This document shows positions 27,361-41,800 of a stretch of 64,000 nucleotides of DNA, piece after piece (within the stretch, counting starts at the first letter, position 1; every line of letters begins with the position of its first letter). The position numbers and the translations under genes are program-made. Source of the DNA: Lama guanicoe (lineage: Eukaryota). The stretch spans positions 9,571,957 to 9,635,956 of the forward strand of contig MU053881.1 of NCBI GenBank assembly GCA_013239625.1, written 5' to 3'. The notes under the pieces are model-generated. The model saw only the letters and a program-made list of their open reading frames with translations, was not told where the DNA came from and ran no database searches.

Positions 27361-28974
27361 CAAAAACTGAAAACTAGCTTATTTACAGCTTTTAAAAGTT
27401 CCTGAACTCAATCTGTAGACAGAATGAGCTCAAGAAACCTCCTCAAACCTTACCCACACGTTCACTTACGCATTAATCCAAGTCCTCTTAGATGATGAGG
27501 TCTTACATGCAAGGCTGGTCCTCTAAGCCAGAAACCACAAGATACTGTGAAGGTACAGAATACTGGGAATATTTGTGTTCCTCAGCTTCTCGGCATAGAA
27601 AATTGCCTACCATGTCCAAATATCTATTCAAAAAGGTGCTTTTATAAATAGAAAGGGCAGTGGACTGTGAGTCAAAGGACATGGTCCCAGGATGAGTTCT
27701 CATCTATCGTGGGATCTCGAACTAGGAGTTTAAGCGCTACAAGACTCAGTTACATCCTCCGTATCTGGGACAGCCACCTGCTCTATGTATCTAACTCACG
27801 GTCTTAGAGTGAGTACCAAATGTTATAGTTGCATGTCAAACACAGAAAAGTGAACAGTCACTCGTATACAAGGCAATAAAATCATAACGCATTATGTTAT
27901 TATTATTACTGTGTGAGCTTTGTCAAACTTATGCAGTACCCGAGTCTTGCAATTCTAATGCTAATCAATTCTAATTTTAATGCCCTCACTGCCCTTCAGG
28001 AGCATTAATTATTTCTGGCAATATTTGATGGAAGAGATTTTTATCACACTTCTGACCTCATTGGCTAGAAACCATTTTTACCACTTTCTATTTTTTTTTC
28101 AACCCTTATATGCAACCTGTTATTAAGCTGTGTCATTTATTTCTTTGAAACTTCTCTAAATTTACCCTTAATTGTATCAGTGTGCCACCCACCCAATACT
28201 CTCTTGGGCTAACTAAACAACATCTGAGCTGTTCTCTTTTCTCCTGGTTGCCCACCCCACTCAGGTTGGCCCAGCCGCCATGTTGTTGCTGGAGTCACCT
28301 TCCACTGAACTGGTAACCTAGACATTCTCCTCCCAGATCAAACACTCAGATGCTTACATCTCTGAAGTTCTATCTCTGAAGAAACCCATCCAGCACCCGG
28401 TAGCATCCTCCTCCTCAGCTCTTCTTCCTGGTTTGTTCTCCATCCATGCACTCATGAATTCCTTTCCTAGTTCAGCTGTTCCCATGGTTACCTACACGTT
28501 AAATGCCTGCCTCTCCTCTTCGATGCTGCTTATCTAAATCTTACACACCTGACCAGGCTCAGTGTAGACTTGATCTCCTCACAAAGTCTAAAGCCACCCC
28601 ACCTCAGAGTGATACTATCTCTGAACTCATATGCCAGTGCTAGACTGAACTGTATTTAACCCTTAGGTACATCATCGACCCAAGCAGTTAAGGACAGAGG
28701 CTCCAAGTTTTCTTCTGTCACTTGCTATGTAAGTGTACTGTTTCACCTCCCTTTGCCTTAGTTCCCTCACCTACACAGTGGGAAGTGCTATGATGCCAAA
28801 CCCAGGGACCTGGTGAAGATTACATAGGCACTGAGTCACAAAACCTGGCACACAGCAAACAATAGATGGGAAGTTTTATGACTTGATTATTATTCCCGGG
28901 CATGTCAGTAGCACTCTTTCACTGCTCTCCATTTTGCTCAGTCCTCTATCATCAGATGTTGGCAAGAGTGAATC

Positions 28975-29471
28975 AGTCCCAGCAGCGTAAAACACCAGAT
29001 TCTTTGGGTCAAGATTTTGGACAGGACACAGGCAGCTGAACCGCGTCTGTTCCACAATGTATGGGGCCTCCACTGGGAAGGTTCTGGTCTGGGGTCTGAA
29101 ATCATTTTCACTCATGTCTGATTCTTGGGTACAGAGGACCCAAAGGCTGGAGTCAGAGCACTTATACCAGGCCCCTTCCCATTGACCTGAGGTCTCACAG
29201 CACGGCAGCCGGATTCCAAGAGGGCACTCCCTGAGAGGAAGTGTCTGCAGAGCAAGCATCCTGAAAGATCCAGGGGAAGCTGCCTGACCTTTTCCGACCT
29301 AGCCTCCGAAGTTCGTTGGTTACAAGTGAGTCACTAGACCAGTCTCCACCAAGGGGATGGGAAACTGACTCTACCTTTGGATGAGCGAGAGGCAAGACCA
29401 CATTCCAGAAGAGCATGTCTGATGGGAGATCCTACTACTGCCCCATCTTTGGAAAATACAATCTCCCAGCA
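28975..29471 (-). mobile_element. MLT1-type (ERVL-MaLR) solo LTR
   Basis: GCCGGATTCCAAGAGGG, GGAAGCTGCCTGACCTTTTCCGACCTAGCCTCCGAAG, and terminal CCATCTTTGGAAAATACAATCT...CA. Confidence 0.8.
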
Positions 29472-32400
29472 AGGGATACTGTGTAAAACTCCTTACTTCT
29501 TCAAGACCCAAAAACCTGTTCGTACATAAATAATATGTATGGAATATAGCTGGTATTTTCTGCAAGTAGTTATTGAATAAACAGATACACAATTTCCCCT
29601 TAGTTTCATATGAGTCTTCTCCCCTGAATTAGACTAGAGGCTTCTTGAAGGCAGGAATTACACAATGTACTCTTTCTATATAACCAACAAAGCCAAAAAA
29701 AGTTACTAGAACTGAGGCAGATCAATCTATTGATTATTACACTATTGATTACACTGTTGATTTTTGTGAGGAACAGAATATAAATCTCGAATTAACTAGA
29801 AAAGAGGAGCATTCAAAACGTCAAGCAAGGAGAGAGACCCTTTGTAGTGTGGTTACAAGGTCCATAAATTTCAGTTATCTTTATAGTCCTAGGACTATAT
29901 ATTTGAAAAATGATGCAAATGATACCTAAACATACATCTCCCGAACTTCAGCATTACTTCTCTCAATATAAACTAACTAAAGATGAATAACTGTAATTAC
30001 TGCCTTTTTAATCCTTTCCTATTTGTGTTGAATTTGTGTCACCTTGTAGTATTTAGATCCTGTTCTATTTGCTCTGATTCAGATTCTGAGTCATCAAAAT
30101 GTCTGAAAAAGGTCTGAAAATAGCCTGAATTAATTCTCTGGATGGCTGTTTATAACAGATATACAAGGGAAGCATTTTATAAAACTCACTTTGCTGCCAA
30201 AAAAAAAAAAAAAAAACCCTGAGAAGTTGATTCTCAGGCACCACGTATGTTAAAGAATGCGGCAGGGGCAAAGGAGATGGTGAGAAAGAAAGATGCTTTC
30301 CTTACATGGGAAAAAAAGGAAAACATTCAGCTCTTAAAAAGGACTGAGTCTAAATGCATTAATGTACTTATAAAGAGCAATCTGAAGGACCCTCTCAGTC
30401 CTCCAAAATTTGGTCTCAAGAAAAACAAAAGTGATCTACCAGCAAGAAGAGGGAGAGGCCTGGTGCCTTCGGAGGCAGCCACAACTGATGACTCATGGTA
30501 ACCGGAGACAGGTGGCCCAGGGACCCCAGGTGACAATGGTGGGTCTACTGGGACCAGAAGAGAAACAGTATCACCATCTCACATCCCCGCAGGTGCCACT
30601 GGCAACTGAACAGCAGGAACCATTCGCACCCCATCTCTGTCTGTGCCTTCCCCCTTTCCAGTTACTGCTAGATGACCAGAGGCAAAACACTGTCATTCGC
30701 TCAGATGTCTGTCTAATAGCTATAATTAAAGCCCTCTAATCGCCAAAAGCCCAGTGTGTGGGGACTTGGCTGAAAATGAGTACGGTGAAAGGCCATTGTT
30801 ACGGGGGGAAAGGTGACAGGCATGTTCTTAACTGCCGGATGGACGGCCTTCGGTGTGCGGGTGTGCAGGGGTGCGGGGAGCTACACACAGGTTTTGGCCG
30901 TGGCCATTGGCAAAGGTGAAGGCACTGGAGGGTGAGGAAGTGTGGAGAAATCTGTCATGTGGTTCAGCCAATGAATAAGACGGCAGGGCTGACTCTAAGC
31001 CAGTCATCCGCCCTCAAGGCAGCCTTCTCCAGGCTGCAGCCTACTGCATCTCTCCTGAAAGCTGCTGAAATGAATAGCCCAAATACAGAAAACCTGTTCA
31101 CTTCTCTTTTTTCATTTTTTGCAGTTTTTTTTTTTTGAGAGAGAGCTCCAGAGGTAGTCATTTCTACACTTCAAAAACATATGAGGCTTCTGTTGATATA
31201 GTTATTCTACGTGTCTGTTATAGGTACACTCTGACGTAATTATTATTGCTTTTATTAATAAAACAATAACAACTATACTGGTCTAATAACAACTACAATG
31301 AACCCTTACAAGCACATGTGATATGTGCAGAGTGCAAACAGCTTCACAGAGATGGTCTCACCAAAGTCCCAAAACAACCCTGAAAAGTCACACCACTTCC
31401 CCTCCCATTTCACAAACGTGCAACTGAGAGGTCAGGTAACTAGAGTAAAGGAGCGGTGGACCTTAGGGTACAGAGCCAGCTGGTTAGGCTCCACACCCCA
31501 CTCTCTTAACAGCTTTGTAGCAATAAAGTCAAAAGATATACAATTTCGGCAAATACATCTCTTGCACAGACATTTTAGAAAAGGTCTAAGGCAGCAGATT
31601 CCTGGGCCCTGGGCCCTGACTGCCCGGGTGCTAATTCCAGAGGTTGGTGTGGACTGAGGCATCCACAAGGTAGCAAGGCCCCAGAGATGCTATGCACAGG
31701 AGTGACACAGACGTGGTTCCAAAAACAGCACTAGTGACTCTGTGTAGTTGGCTACAGAAGAGAAAAAGCCATGCTTATTCAGGTCGTGTTGTTTCCCAAC
31801 ACTGTCTCCCTTTGTTTCCTATCTATTGTGGGAGCAACCTCCCTACGCATGGAAACTGGGCGTCAGAAGTAACCCATGTTAGCCATCTCAGCTTCTAAAC
31901 TGACCATTTCCTCCTTACAGGGCTCCCTTTCTCTATAGCATGTTTTCAAGTTTACTGTTTTCACCTCGAATAATGTCTCAGCTGGGTTCTAATATGCATT
32001 TAAAAGTTGCTAATCTCTTCTTTGCTAAGAAAACAGGCAGAAACAACGGGGAGGAACAGCTCAGAGAGGGATGAGGGCCAGGCTGGAGTACCCAATGGGA
32101 GCGGAGCCCCGGGGGATGCTCGTTTAGGTGTATGGCCTGCACCTGCAAGTACAGATCTCAAATTTCAATGCTTTCTTATACACGTGGATTTTAAAGAGGG
32201 CTAAGACTCACCTACCATTCAAAAATAGCTCTCCTTTATTATCAATACGTAAGTGGAAAGTCCCAGCTAGAAACAAGAAGCAAAGGCATGGTTGATTATA
32301 TGATAACCATTCTCTTCTGTTAACACGTCACTTGTGTGATTCGCACTTAAATGTCATGGGGCTCCATCAGGTCAAATACACCTACTTCCCCATGTTATTT

Positions 32401-34519
32401 ATCGTGATTCTTGTTAAGGGTTTAAAAACACACACACACACACACACTGGAGCAGAAATGATAGCCTAAGGTAACTGTATTCATTTCCCAGATGACGACC
32501 ACATAAAAGTAATCTATTTTAGCAAAATTGATTTGCTTGGAATAGAATTTCATGACTCAAGAGAGTTTTTTTTTTTTAAATGGGGGAGACAAGGAGACAA
32601 AATTTGGCACGCTATTACTTGTATGATAAGTCACGTCATTCAAATATCGTTGTCGCTGCAACCACAACGCAAACAAAAATTAGAAGTAATTTGCACAGAG
32701 GAGATGCACCATCAGAAAAGAACTAGCTGCCCAGAGAAGCCGGAACAGAGGAGCAGTTCCTGGGCTACAGCAGTGAGCACTTCTTATGTGCCAGGCTCTT
32801 TTCTAAGTTTGTGATGTGAAAAACATGAAAAATAAAAACACATATCATGAAAAATGAACTTGTAGAAAGGGTCTTGTTATCCACTCCCCGACCCTGAGAA
32901 ATGACGAAGATAGAACTTGCATTAGAAATAAATCCAACTCTCCTTTGGAATAAATATATAAATCTTCAGTGTTGTTGTCTTGCTGCCAAAAAGCACTATC
33001 TAATTCACTGATGTTGGATCTTAAACACACGGAAATGCAAACAACGGATTGTGACTAATGCATCAAAACACACAAAATGGATTATAACCATTGCCATTTC
33101 TTGGGCGCACTACCTATGGGCAAATGCCAAAGATGATACAAAGCTTCCATATCTGGCCATCCTGACGCTGATCATTACATTTCAGGAGCAAAGTGAGGCA
33201 GTAAGGACCACACACGTTCTCTACCCATGAACAGCATGTTAACACTGACCTTTGAATATTTACCTTGATGCCAGTTAAATATTTGTAATGGCAGCGTTGA
33301 TAAGAAAGAAAGTCTTGGCCAAGGCCCCATTTACCCGTTTCCTCTGCCATTCTTTATAAATTACATCCTGAATTTTTAACACATCAACCCACACAGAGCA
33401 CACTCAATCAAATCATCTGAAAAATAAGCAAATCCCACAGATCCATTACCTCCAAAGACCACAGGACTAGCACAAGCAAACACCCACCATTGACAAGTCA
33501 GTGCCTTGAGCATCTGACTGTCTCAAAAAAAAAAAAAGGCATTAGTTAGCATTTAGATGGATAACAAGGCAGCAGACAGTGAAGTCTGAACCAGGCAGAA
33601 AGGCATCCAGTGTTCTCTGAGTGTGTAAGCCTTCATGACTGACTGAGTAGATCACAAACAAAAATGACTCATAGTGCAAGATAAAGAGAAACACCAAACA
33701 GTTTCAGCAGTTTTACCAAACCAACCGCAGTGTGTTTGGGCTCAGCCTACAGGTCATATAAGACTTCTCCTTTAAAAAATGACAAGGCTTCACTGAGGTA
33801 GAATTTACCGATCTGTCCTCTCTGTATTACCATCGTGATTATTTTCTCTAAATCATTTAGTATATTCATTCTCATTACCACCATATATTTCTGCTTACCC
33901 TTCCACTAGATAATATAAATAAAAACCCAATGTGGAAGGGCTGAGCATCACTGTCAGTGCTCAGAGAACACAGGCCTGTCTGGAATGGATGGATTACGGG
34001 CTTCCAGCTTTATGAAAAGGCAGCATTTGAGCTGAGGCTGGTAAGGCTTATAGAATTTGGACGAGTAGAAGAGAGGAGAGACCAGAATCTCACCAGGAAC
34101 CAACCTTGAAAATAAAGTACCTGAGAAAGTCTGAAAGAGAATAATCAGATATCAGGAGGTCTGTGGTAAGTAACTAACTGGGGCCAGAAAAAAGAGAATG
34201 GTGATTCTTAAAAAGTGTTAGGATTCCAGAGAGGTAAATAAGAATGCAAGTCAGATAACTACACGGAGGTGAAACCTACCCTCCGCCTACGGTTTTTCTC
34301 TGAGTTGGTATTTTTAAAGCAAATCAGAAAAGGCCACAAGATCCTTCCACTTTCTCAGATTGGAAATACCCTGTATCTCATTTTGGATGGTGATGTTATG
34401 CAGGAATAATGTTCAACTGCCAAAACTCAATATGAACACTTAAAAATCTGTGCCATTTAATTGTATGAATTTGATGTATTAATTTTATTGTGTTAACTTG
34501 ACCTCATTTTTCAAATAAA

Positions 34520-35045
34520 ATTACATTACAGGGGAAAAAAAGATCAGATATTCCCTCCTTTAAATTCCTCTCGGGGGGTCCCTGGTTCATTTAATAACAT
34601 CAAAACCCCAAACTCTTGATCATGGCTGATATAACCTTCCAGGATCTTCCCCTGCCTGCCTCTCCACCATCACTTCCAGTCACTCTTCCCCATTCACTCT
34701 CCCAGCCAAATCCTCCTCATCTGTGTTCCATTAACCATGAAACACACACCAGTCTGTGCTTGTGGTTCTCTCCACCTCCTGGAATGTTCTTGCCCTTAAC
34801 TCCTGTGCTCCTCAGCAAGGCTGTCCATGATTTCTTCCTATAAAATGGGCTTCCTAAATTACTACCTCTTCATCCTGTTTATTTCTACCATAAAATTTCT
34901 ACTCAACCTGCCTACATATGTATTTAATCACTTTTCATCTGTCTCTTCCACTAGGAAGTAAGCTGTGTGATTGAAGCAGGATAGCCACTTCCCCAAGATC
35001 CAGTTCAGACCCAGCATATAATAAATGCTCAATAAACAGCTGTTT
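34520..35045 (+). mobile_element. L2 LINE fragment
   Basis: CCTGGAATGTTCTT...TGTCTCTTCCACTAGGAAGTAAGCT...AAATGCTCAATAAA. Confidence 0.7.
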
Positions 35046-35599
35046 GTAAACTGCTGTATATAATGTACCTTCTTGAACCCTGTACCACTATTGCACTAGA
35101 AGTCCCTCCAGGGCACCGTGCTGTCATCATCTCTACATCTCTGCAACCAAGCTCAGTACTTGGCACATATTAGAAGCCCTTGAAAGGTTTGCTGAATTCA
35201 CACATATGTTTACAGTTAGAGCTAACATATCTTTGCCAATAAATTCCAAGAATATTTCATTTTGCAGGGAAATTTCATCTGTCTCCTAAGAAATGCATGG
35301 ACTTAATCTAATTTTACATCACAGAAACTGAGGTTTACAAGGATTTTCCCAGTCTGCAGATTAGATTTGGCTTCCTGACTCAAAGGGATAAGAAAGCCAA
35401 CTTGCAGCAAATTCACCCAGATCTTCTCCAGGTGACCCATACAAGTAGCACAATTCTTAATGAAACCATTTCAAAAATGATCAATTTTGGAGAAATTTAG
35501 TGATTCTCTCACTGGGCTGTACACACAAATTTTAAAAATTAATGTTAGATTTTTAGATAGTGATAAGTGATGGAGATTCCTGCTTCATTTCTTTGGTTG

Positions 35600-35971
35600 G
35601 AATTATAAAGAGCAATGAAAAAGTATAAGCTGTTGATTCACACAACATCGTGGGTTAATCTCCACACACTGAGTTAAAGAAAACAGATCTCACACTCCCC
35701 CCGCAAACAGTATATACTGACTGATTCCACTCATACAAAATTTTGGAAAATTCAAACTTACATACAGTGACAGAAAGCGGAAGAGTGGTTTTGTGAGAAT
35801 GGAGATGGAGGTAGGGATGGATTACCAAGGGACACAAGGAAAGTTTGGAGGTGATGAAATTGATTACCATGATGGTTTCCTGGGGGTATACCTTTGTCAA
35901 AACTCATCAAATTGCATGCTTTAAATAGGCATACTTTACTATATGTCAATTATATCTCAATAAAACTGTGA
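35600..35971 (+). mobile_element. Ancient L1M (L1MC/MD/ME-type) 3'UTR fragment
   Basis: GTGACAGAAAGC...GTCAAAACTCATCAAATTG...TGTCAATTATATCTCAATAAAACTG. Confidence 0.8.
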
Positions 35972-36664
35972 TAGATAAAACAGGAAGTTGCCATTTGGGG
36001 TGATTTTTAAAAACCTTAAATACGTCATCAAATTAGCAACATTTTAATTTTTGTAATTACTGGATGTGTGCTAGTAGCCTGCTGTAGTGCACTAAGTCCT
36101 CCCTGTCACCTGTCCATTTTTATTCTCCCTCCAAAGCTCAGCTCAGGGGTCACCAGTCCCTACTCTTAAAAAGATGTCAGAGGGCATTTCTCATCATCCA
36201 CTGGGTCAGTGAGCAATCCCTTGGCGGTGCTTTCCAAGAATCACTGCCCAGAGATACCACAGCACTTTGATGACTTTACATCATCAAAGGTCATGGACTA
36301 TGAAAATCATCTTTTCATTCCAGGGTGTCACCAAATATAGCGATAAATTCACTTGAATTTGGTCTACACCGTATCCAAACCCTCTCCTGCACACTCTGGA
36401 AACTGAAAAGGCCTCATGGTCCTTCCTTCCCACATGTGGCTGATGAAATAATGCACAAAGTCGAAGATCTGGGCAATTGGTTATTCCCATCCATGACTGT
36501 GAATGTTTAGGAAAGACACAAAGGTAAAGGGACAGGTCAAATCTGATCAAGGTAGCAGTATTCAGTAGCACCAATACTAGTTACAGTATCCCATTCAGCC
36601 CAACTCTTCAGTTGGGCATATACTGCAGCCCTTCTTGCCAAACTCTTCTGTTCTTGCCTCCTTT

Positions 36665-37366
36665 TTTTTTTTTAATTGAAGTATAGTCAGTTTACAATGT
36701 TGTGTCAATTTCTGGTGTATAGAATTAAGTTTCAGTCACACATACAAATACATATATTCCTTTTCATATTCTTTTCTTTATAGGTTACTACAAGATATTA
36801 AATATAGTTTCCCACCTATACAGTAGAAACTTACTATATCTATTTTATATATAGCAGTTAGTATCTGCAAATCTCAAACTACCAATTTATCTCTTCCCAC
36901 CCTCTTTCCCCTCTGATAACCGTAAGATTGTTTACTATGTCTGCACATCTGTTTCTGTTTTGTAAATAAGTTCATTTGTGTCTCTTTTTTTTTTATTCCA
37001 CATATGAGAGCTATCATATGGTATATTTTTCTTTCTCTTTCTGGCTTACTTCACTTAGAATGAGGATCTCCAGCTCTGTCCATGTTGCTGCAAATGGCAT
37101 CATGTTATTCTTTTTTATGGCTGAGTAGTATTCCATTGCATAAATATACCACAGCTTCTTTAACCAGTCATCTGTCAATGGACATTTAGGTTATTTACAT
37201 GTCTTGGCTATTGTAATATTGCTGCTATGAACATTGGGGTACATGTATCTTTTTGAATTAGAATTCCCCCCAGATATATGCCCAGGAGTGGGATTGCTGG
37301 ATCATATGGTCAGTCTATTTTTAGTTTCTAAAGGAATCTCCACACTGTTTTCCATAATGGCTGCAC
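36665..37366 (-). mobile_element. 5'-truncated L1 (ORF2 end plus 3'UTR) with 17-bp TSD
   Basis: Reverse-complement homology to 62550-63210. TSD CTGTTCTTG(C/T)CTCCTTT at 36648-36664 and 37367-37383. Confidence 0.95.
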
Positions 37367-38084
37367 CTGTTCTTGTCTCCTTTATCAATCTTGTTTTCCT
37401 GGCTTCCTGATGATTCTAGAAGCTACCTGACATTCTTCCAACAAGTTCCTTCTCTACTTAGGTTGCTTACAGATTAGAATCCTAGTTTATACAAAGACAG
37501 TCTAGCACAAAGCACAGGACCAAAAAAACAGAAGTGAGCAAGGAAGTAGCCTAAGACCTTTAGAACCTCCCCATAAGCACCTGTTTCCATGGAATCTTAG
37601 ATTATTAAAGTGAATCTGGCTTAAATAGCTTTCCCAACACCACAGAGTCATGTCCCAGACCCTCAGGGAGCACTTGTTTAGTGCTCATAACAACTTATTT
37701 TTTTCCCCATTGAATTCTCTCTCATAGAGAGTCCACTAGAGGAATCCACTTCTCCTACAGGGTCTGTGAGCACAATGAAGTTCTGGCCAGTGGAAACACC
37801 AGTGAGGGGATCTGAAAGTTATCTTTCAGAAGCTCTGGAGACTCCCTGAATTATCAACCATAGCGTGAGGAGGAAAGAAATCCAAATCTCAGATTCTAAG
37901 ACAGAAAACCAGAAAGGGCTTCAATAAATCCTCTCATCTTCATCCCCAAATTCACAGCTGTGCGGGCAAGCAGGCATTTGTCTGTCTTCATTGAGGAAAT
38001 AAACATCTACTCTTCTCCTTTGTTTTTCTACTGAACTGTTCTCCTTTTTCTCTTTGACCTGTTAAGGGCTGGTGCTCACAGAAA

Positions 38085-38312
38085 TGTCTATAGTGCAGTT
38101 GTTAAAATATGGATTTTTGCCCTCAGACAAACCTTATTTTTGTGGTCTTGGGCAAATCTTTTGTTTGTTTACTTATCTATGAAGTGGGAAACATTTTGAC
38201 ACCCACCTCAGAGAGCTACTGTAGAAATCCACAGGGATAAGACACACAAAATATTTAGCACAGTCGTTGGGACAGTAAGGTTCTCTTTAAACGTTAGCTG
38301 CATTTATTAGTG
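38085..38312 (+). mobile_element. MIR SINE
   Basis: TATAGTGCAGTGTTAA...TCTTGGGCAA...CACCTCAGAG...TTAGCACAGT. Confidence 0.65.
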
Positions 38313-38377
38313 TTAGAAAATATCATATGTGTCACAGTTTAACAAATTCTCTCTGACACTGTAACCTAAATCTAGAG

Positions 38378-38846
38378 CAGGCATCAGAGAACTCTCTGGA
38401 AAGGTCCAGATAGTCAGTACTTTAGGCTTTCTGGGCCATATCATCTCTGTTGCAACTACTCAGCCATGATATTGTAACAAGAAAGCAGCCATAGACCAGA
38501 GGTACATCAGTGGGTGTGCCCTGAGCCACTAAAAATCTCATTTCTAAACACTGATGTTTTAATGTATACATTTTCACGTTACAAAGTATTTTTCTTTCTT
38601 TGATTTTTTCCAATTATTTAATCTGTTCTTAGAAGCAATGTTTATGTAAACTAAAAATATGTGCAGTATACTGTATATATGTATTTACATGCAATATGAT
38701 GAATGTGTGCAATCAAACTGTAATAATTCTACCTAATAAAACTGAAAAAGGTTAAAAAAAAAAAAAGACAGTCCTTAGTTCACCGACCACATAAAAACAG
38801 GCAATGGGTCAAATTTCATCCACAGGCCACAGTGTCCCAATCTCTT
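38378..38846 (+). mobile_element. MER58B-type hAT-Charlie MITE with internal insertion
   Basis: AAAGGTCCAGATAGTCAGTACTTTAGGCTTT...TCTCTGTTGCAACTACTCA. 8-bp hAT TSD ATCTAGAG at 38370-38377 and 38847-38854. Confidence 0.88.
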
Positions 38847-41800
38847 ATCTAGAGAAAGAAACAAAGCCCTCATACAGGGCCCTCATTTCAGGCAACATTC
38901 CTTTCCAGGCCTGCACCTGCTGTTAAGTGACAGGCTGATAGACAATATGGTAGAACTTGATCCACAAAGCCTGCACTGTAACTCTGAGAGCCTCCAGAGT
39001 ATGTTACAAATGCTACATCAAGTGCCAAGATTTTCTTTACACTGAATTTTTTAAACTTTCGATAAAAAAGTCACCAACAGCTATTCGAGTCTCTTTCTAC
39101 TTGGTTGTTAGGAAAATTCTTTCTACTTTCATTATATTAAAGGCATCTTGAAAGGAAATTAACAGTTTGTCACCTTAGCAGTGCGAAATTATGCAGACAA
39201 AAACTGTAATTTATAAAAGAGAATACCTTGTATTCATTTATATTCATCAGCGTTTACTAGGAATATCTGTATTTAGAGGATTTTTAAAGAAGGTACTTCA
39301 TGAATTATAGAACTATCTCCAAACAGTTTGCTTAACTATGCCTACATTTTTATTCTGAGATCTCATCGAATTTCCAACCAGCAATGTTTTCATGACTCGC
39401 ATGATGTACTAAGCTACGTCCACCCAGAGCTCAATGTGAAATAAATGTCACTGCGAGGTTAAAAACAAGTTTTAGCTCCTGTTTCTTATCTGTACTATAT
39501 GCATATTACAACATGCTACAATAAAATCAAAATTATTATTCAAATTTCTACGAGAATTGATATACATTTAACATTCATTGTATTTGCCTTGATAGTTATC
39601 TATGCCTATGTGAATGTTATACACAACCTGATTTTGAAACTAGATTCAGCACATTTTTACACTTCCGATTAGTAATCATCCGACTCCCACCCACCTTTAA
39701 GAGACCAAAATAGGCTCCTGAGGCCAATGATGTGACGAGCTATTCCACATCTGGTTATCGGAAGCATATTCCCTGATTTAAAAAAAAAAATCACAAAAAG
39801 CTGTTTTTACATGCTTGGTTTCTCCTTCTGTTATTACCCATTTAACAGTAGTTTCACATACAGCCAAGCATGTGCCAAACATAGGGGCCAATAATAAAAA
39901 ATACTGACTTAATATAATTTGCTTCCTTGACTGCTAGGAAAGCAGAAAGCGTTGAAAAACTGTTTGGTGTTTATTAGTGAAGCTATTGTAGAGGGTGATT
40001 GGGGTTTCATTATAAGGGGCCTGCAAACAGTTTTAGCACAAATGCCAATATACATTTTCGAATCGAGTGCAATTTTGAGCACTTTCGCTCAAATGGTTTT
40101 GCAGAATCTACAACTCAAATAAGAAGTATATTGTGTTTTAACACCACCACCAACTCCTCTACTATTTGTCGCATTGATCTCCATTGTGAATGCTTCAAAT
40201 CTTTCCACTTTCATGAAATGTAATGGGCAAGTATATTCCTTGGAATCCCAAGGTATGATTAGTTACTAAGCAATCAGAAAAAAAATCATAGCAAGGCATA
40301 CTTCGGAAAGAAATTAGAAAGAGTGAAAGATCACCTCTCTATTTGTGTTACATAGCAAGTCACACAATGCCTCATCGATGGTACTGTATATATTAGCTAA
40401 CCACCGTGGGCTAGCTAGAAGCTCATACATCAATGAAAAGATCTTTGTCAATTGCTGTATGCCTCATTATCTCACTAAGATTTCTTGGCAACAATTAACA
40501 GTTACCCAATTCATAGAAATTGCCTTTATTATTTTTGAAGCAGCTACTTTCTTTGGCTTTAATGACTAAGAGAATAGAGACAGATGTCTCTGTTGCTAGG
40601 GAGACTGAATTAAAAAAAAAAAACCTTTGAGACGAAGTAAATAAGCAGCTACCATCTTTTTTTTTTTAAAGGAGAATTCTGTTAGTTTTGAATTAACTAT
40701 TTGTTTTAAAAACAAACCAGCAGTAGCTCTACTTTTTGAAGGAAATACACTGGAATGGTTTATTACCATTCTTCTCTGACACTAATAAATCATTAAAAAA
40801 CAGGAAAGCAAAATAAACCCACCTGTGCACTCAATATCAATTGAGGCTGATTATCAGAACCTAGTACTTTCTTTGTACTGGTACTTGAATTCAACAGGAA
40901 TTACCTTTTTTATATGATCTGTCAATCCTCCATCACTAAAGAGAAAGCAGCCCTTGGCCTGAGTCAGAAGCACCTCCTTGCAGACAAGCCTAGCCCACTG
41001 AGTTCTTACAGCTGATGCCCTCTCGTCACCCAGCTCCAAACTTACCAGCAGCCCCATACCCTGGACTCTGGACAAGTAAAGCGATGCAAGCCAGTAACGG
41101 CCCGGTGACTGGGCCTAACCCAAGTAACATTTCTTCTTTCAAATTTCTCTCTGCGCTCATCCCTCCTCCTCTGTCTCTAATTTCTGATGCTCAATAGTAC
41201 ACTGAATGCATTTGTATTTTCTTGCATCTTTGAGCTGCATGTCCTGTCCAAACCCTCCCACCATCCTACCCCTTCTATTAACATGCTTTAAGAGGGATGA
41301 TGCCACCACGTGAAAAGAAAAATATGATCCTGTTCGAAATGAAATCACACAGAGTAAAAACAACTGCAGTTCACCTAAATTCTTTGAAGGAGCCCCAGTC
41401 TCCTTTGACATCAGCACAAAGATCACTCAGACATCTTTTTCATCTGTTCTAATTAAACCATTAATGAGCATGAGCAATCAATTTAAGTATAAACTGAAGA
41501 CTGAATGGGCATTCTGGGGGCCTATTTTGCTGAAATATTAGTACAGTATATTAAAACACAGGCAAACTGTTTATTTTGTCTATTCTAAATGTTATATGCT
41601 ACTGCTATAATTAAAAATTATCCATAGGATGTAAAACAACATGCAAAATAAAAGTTTTTTTTTCTTGTTTAAGAAAATGTTCAGAATTATGTTTGGCTTC
41701 TGTGGGCTGGGGATCTGAGCAGTATTCATAAAATTCCTCCTTTGTGAAGGTATATTTCAAGCTTCAAATGCTGGACTTTAAAAGTTTGTAAGCAATTATA

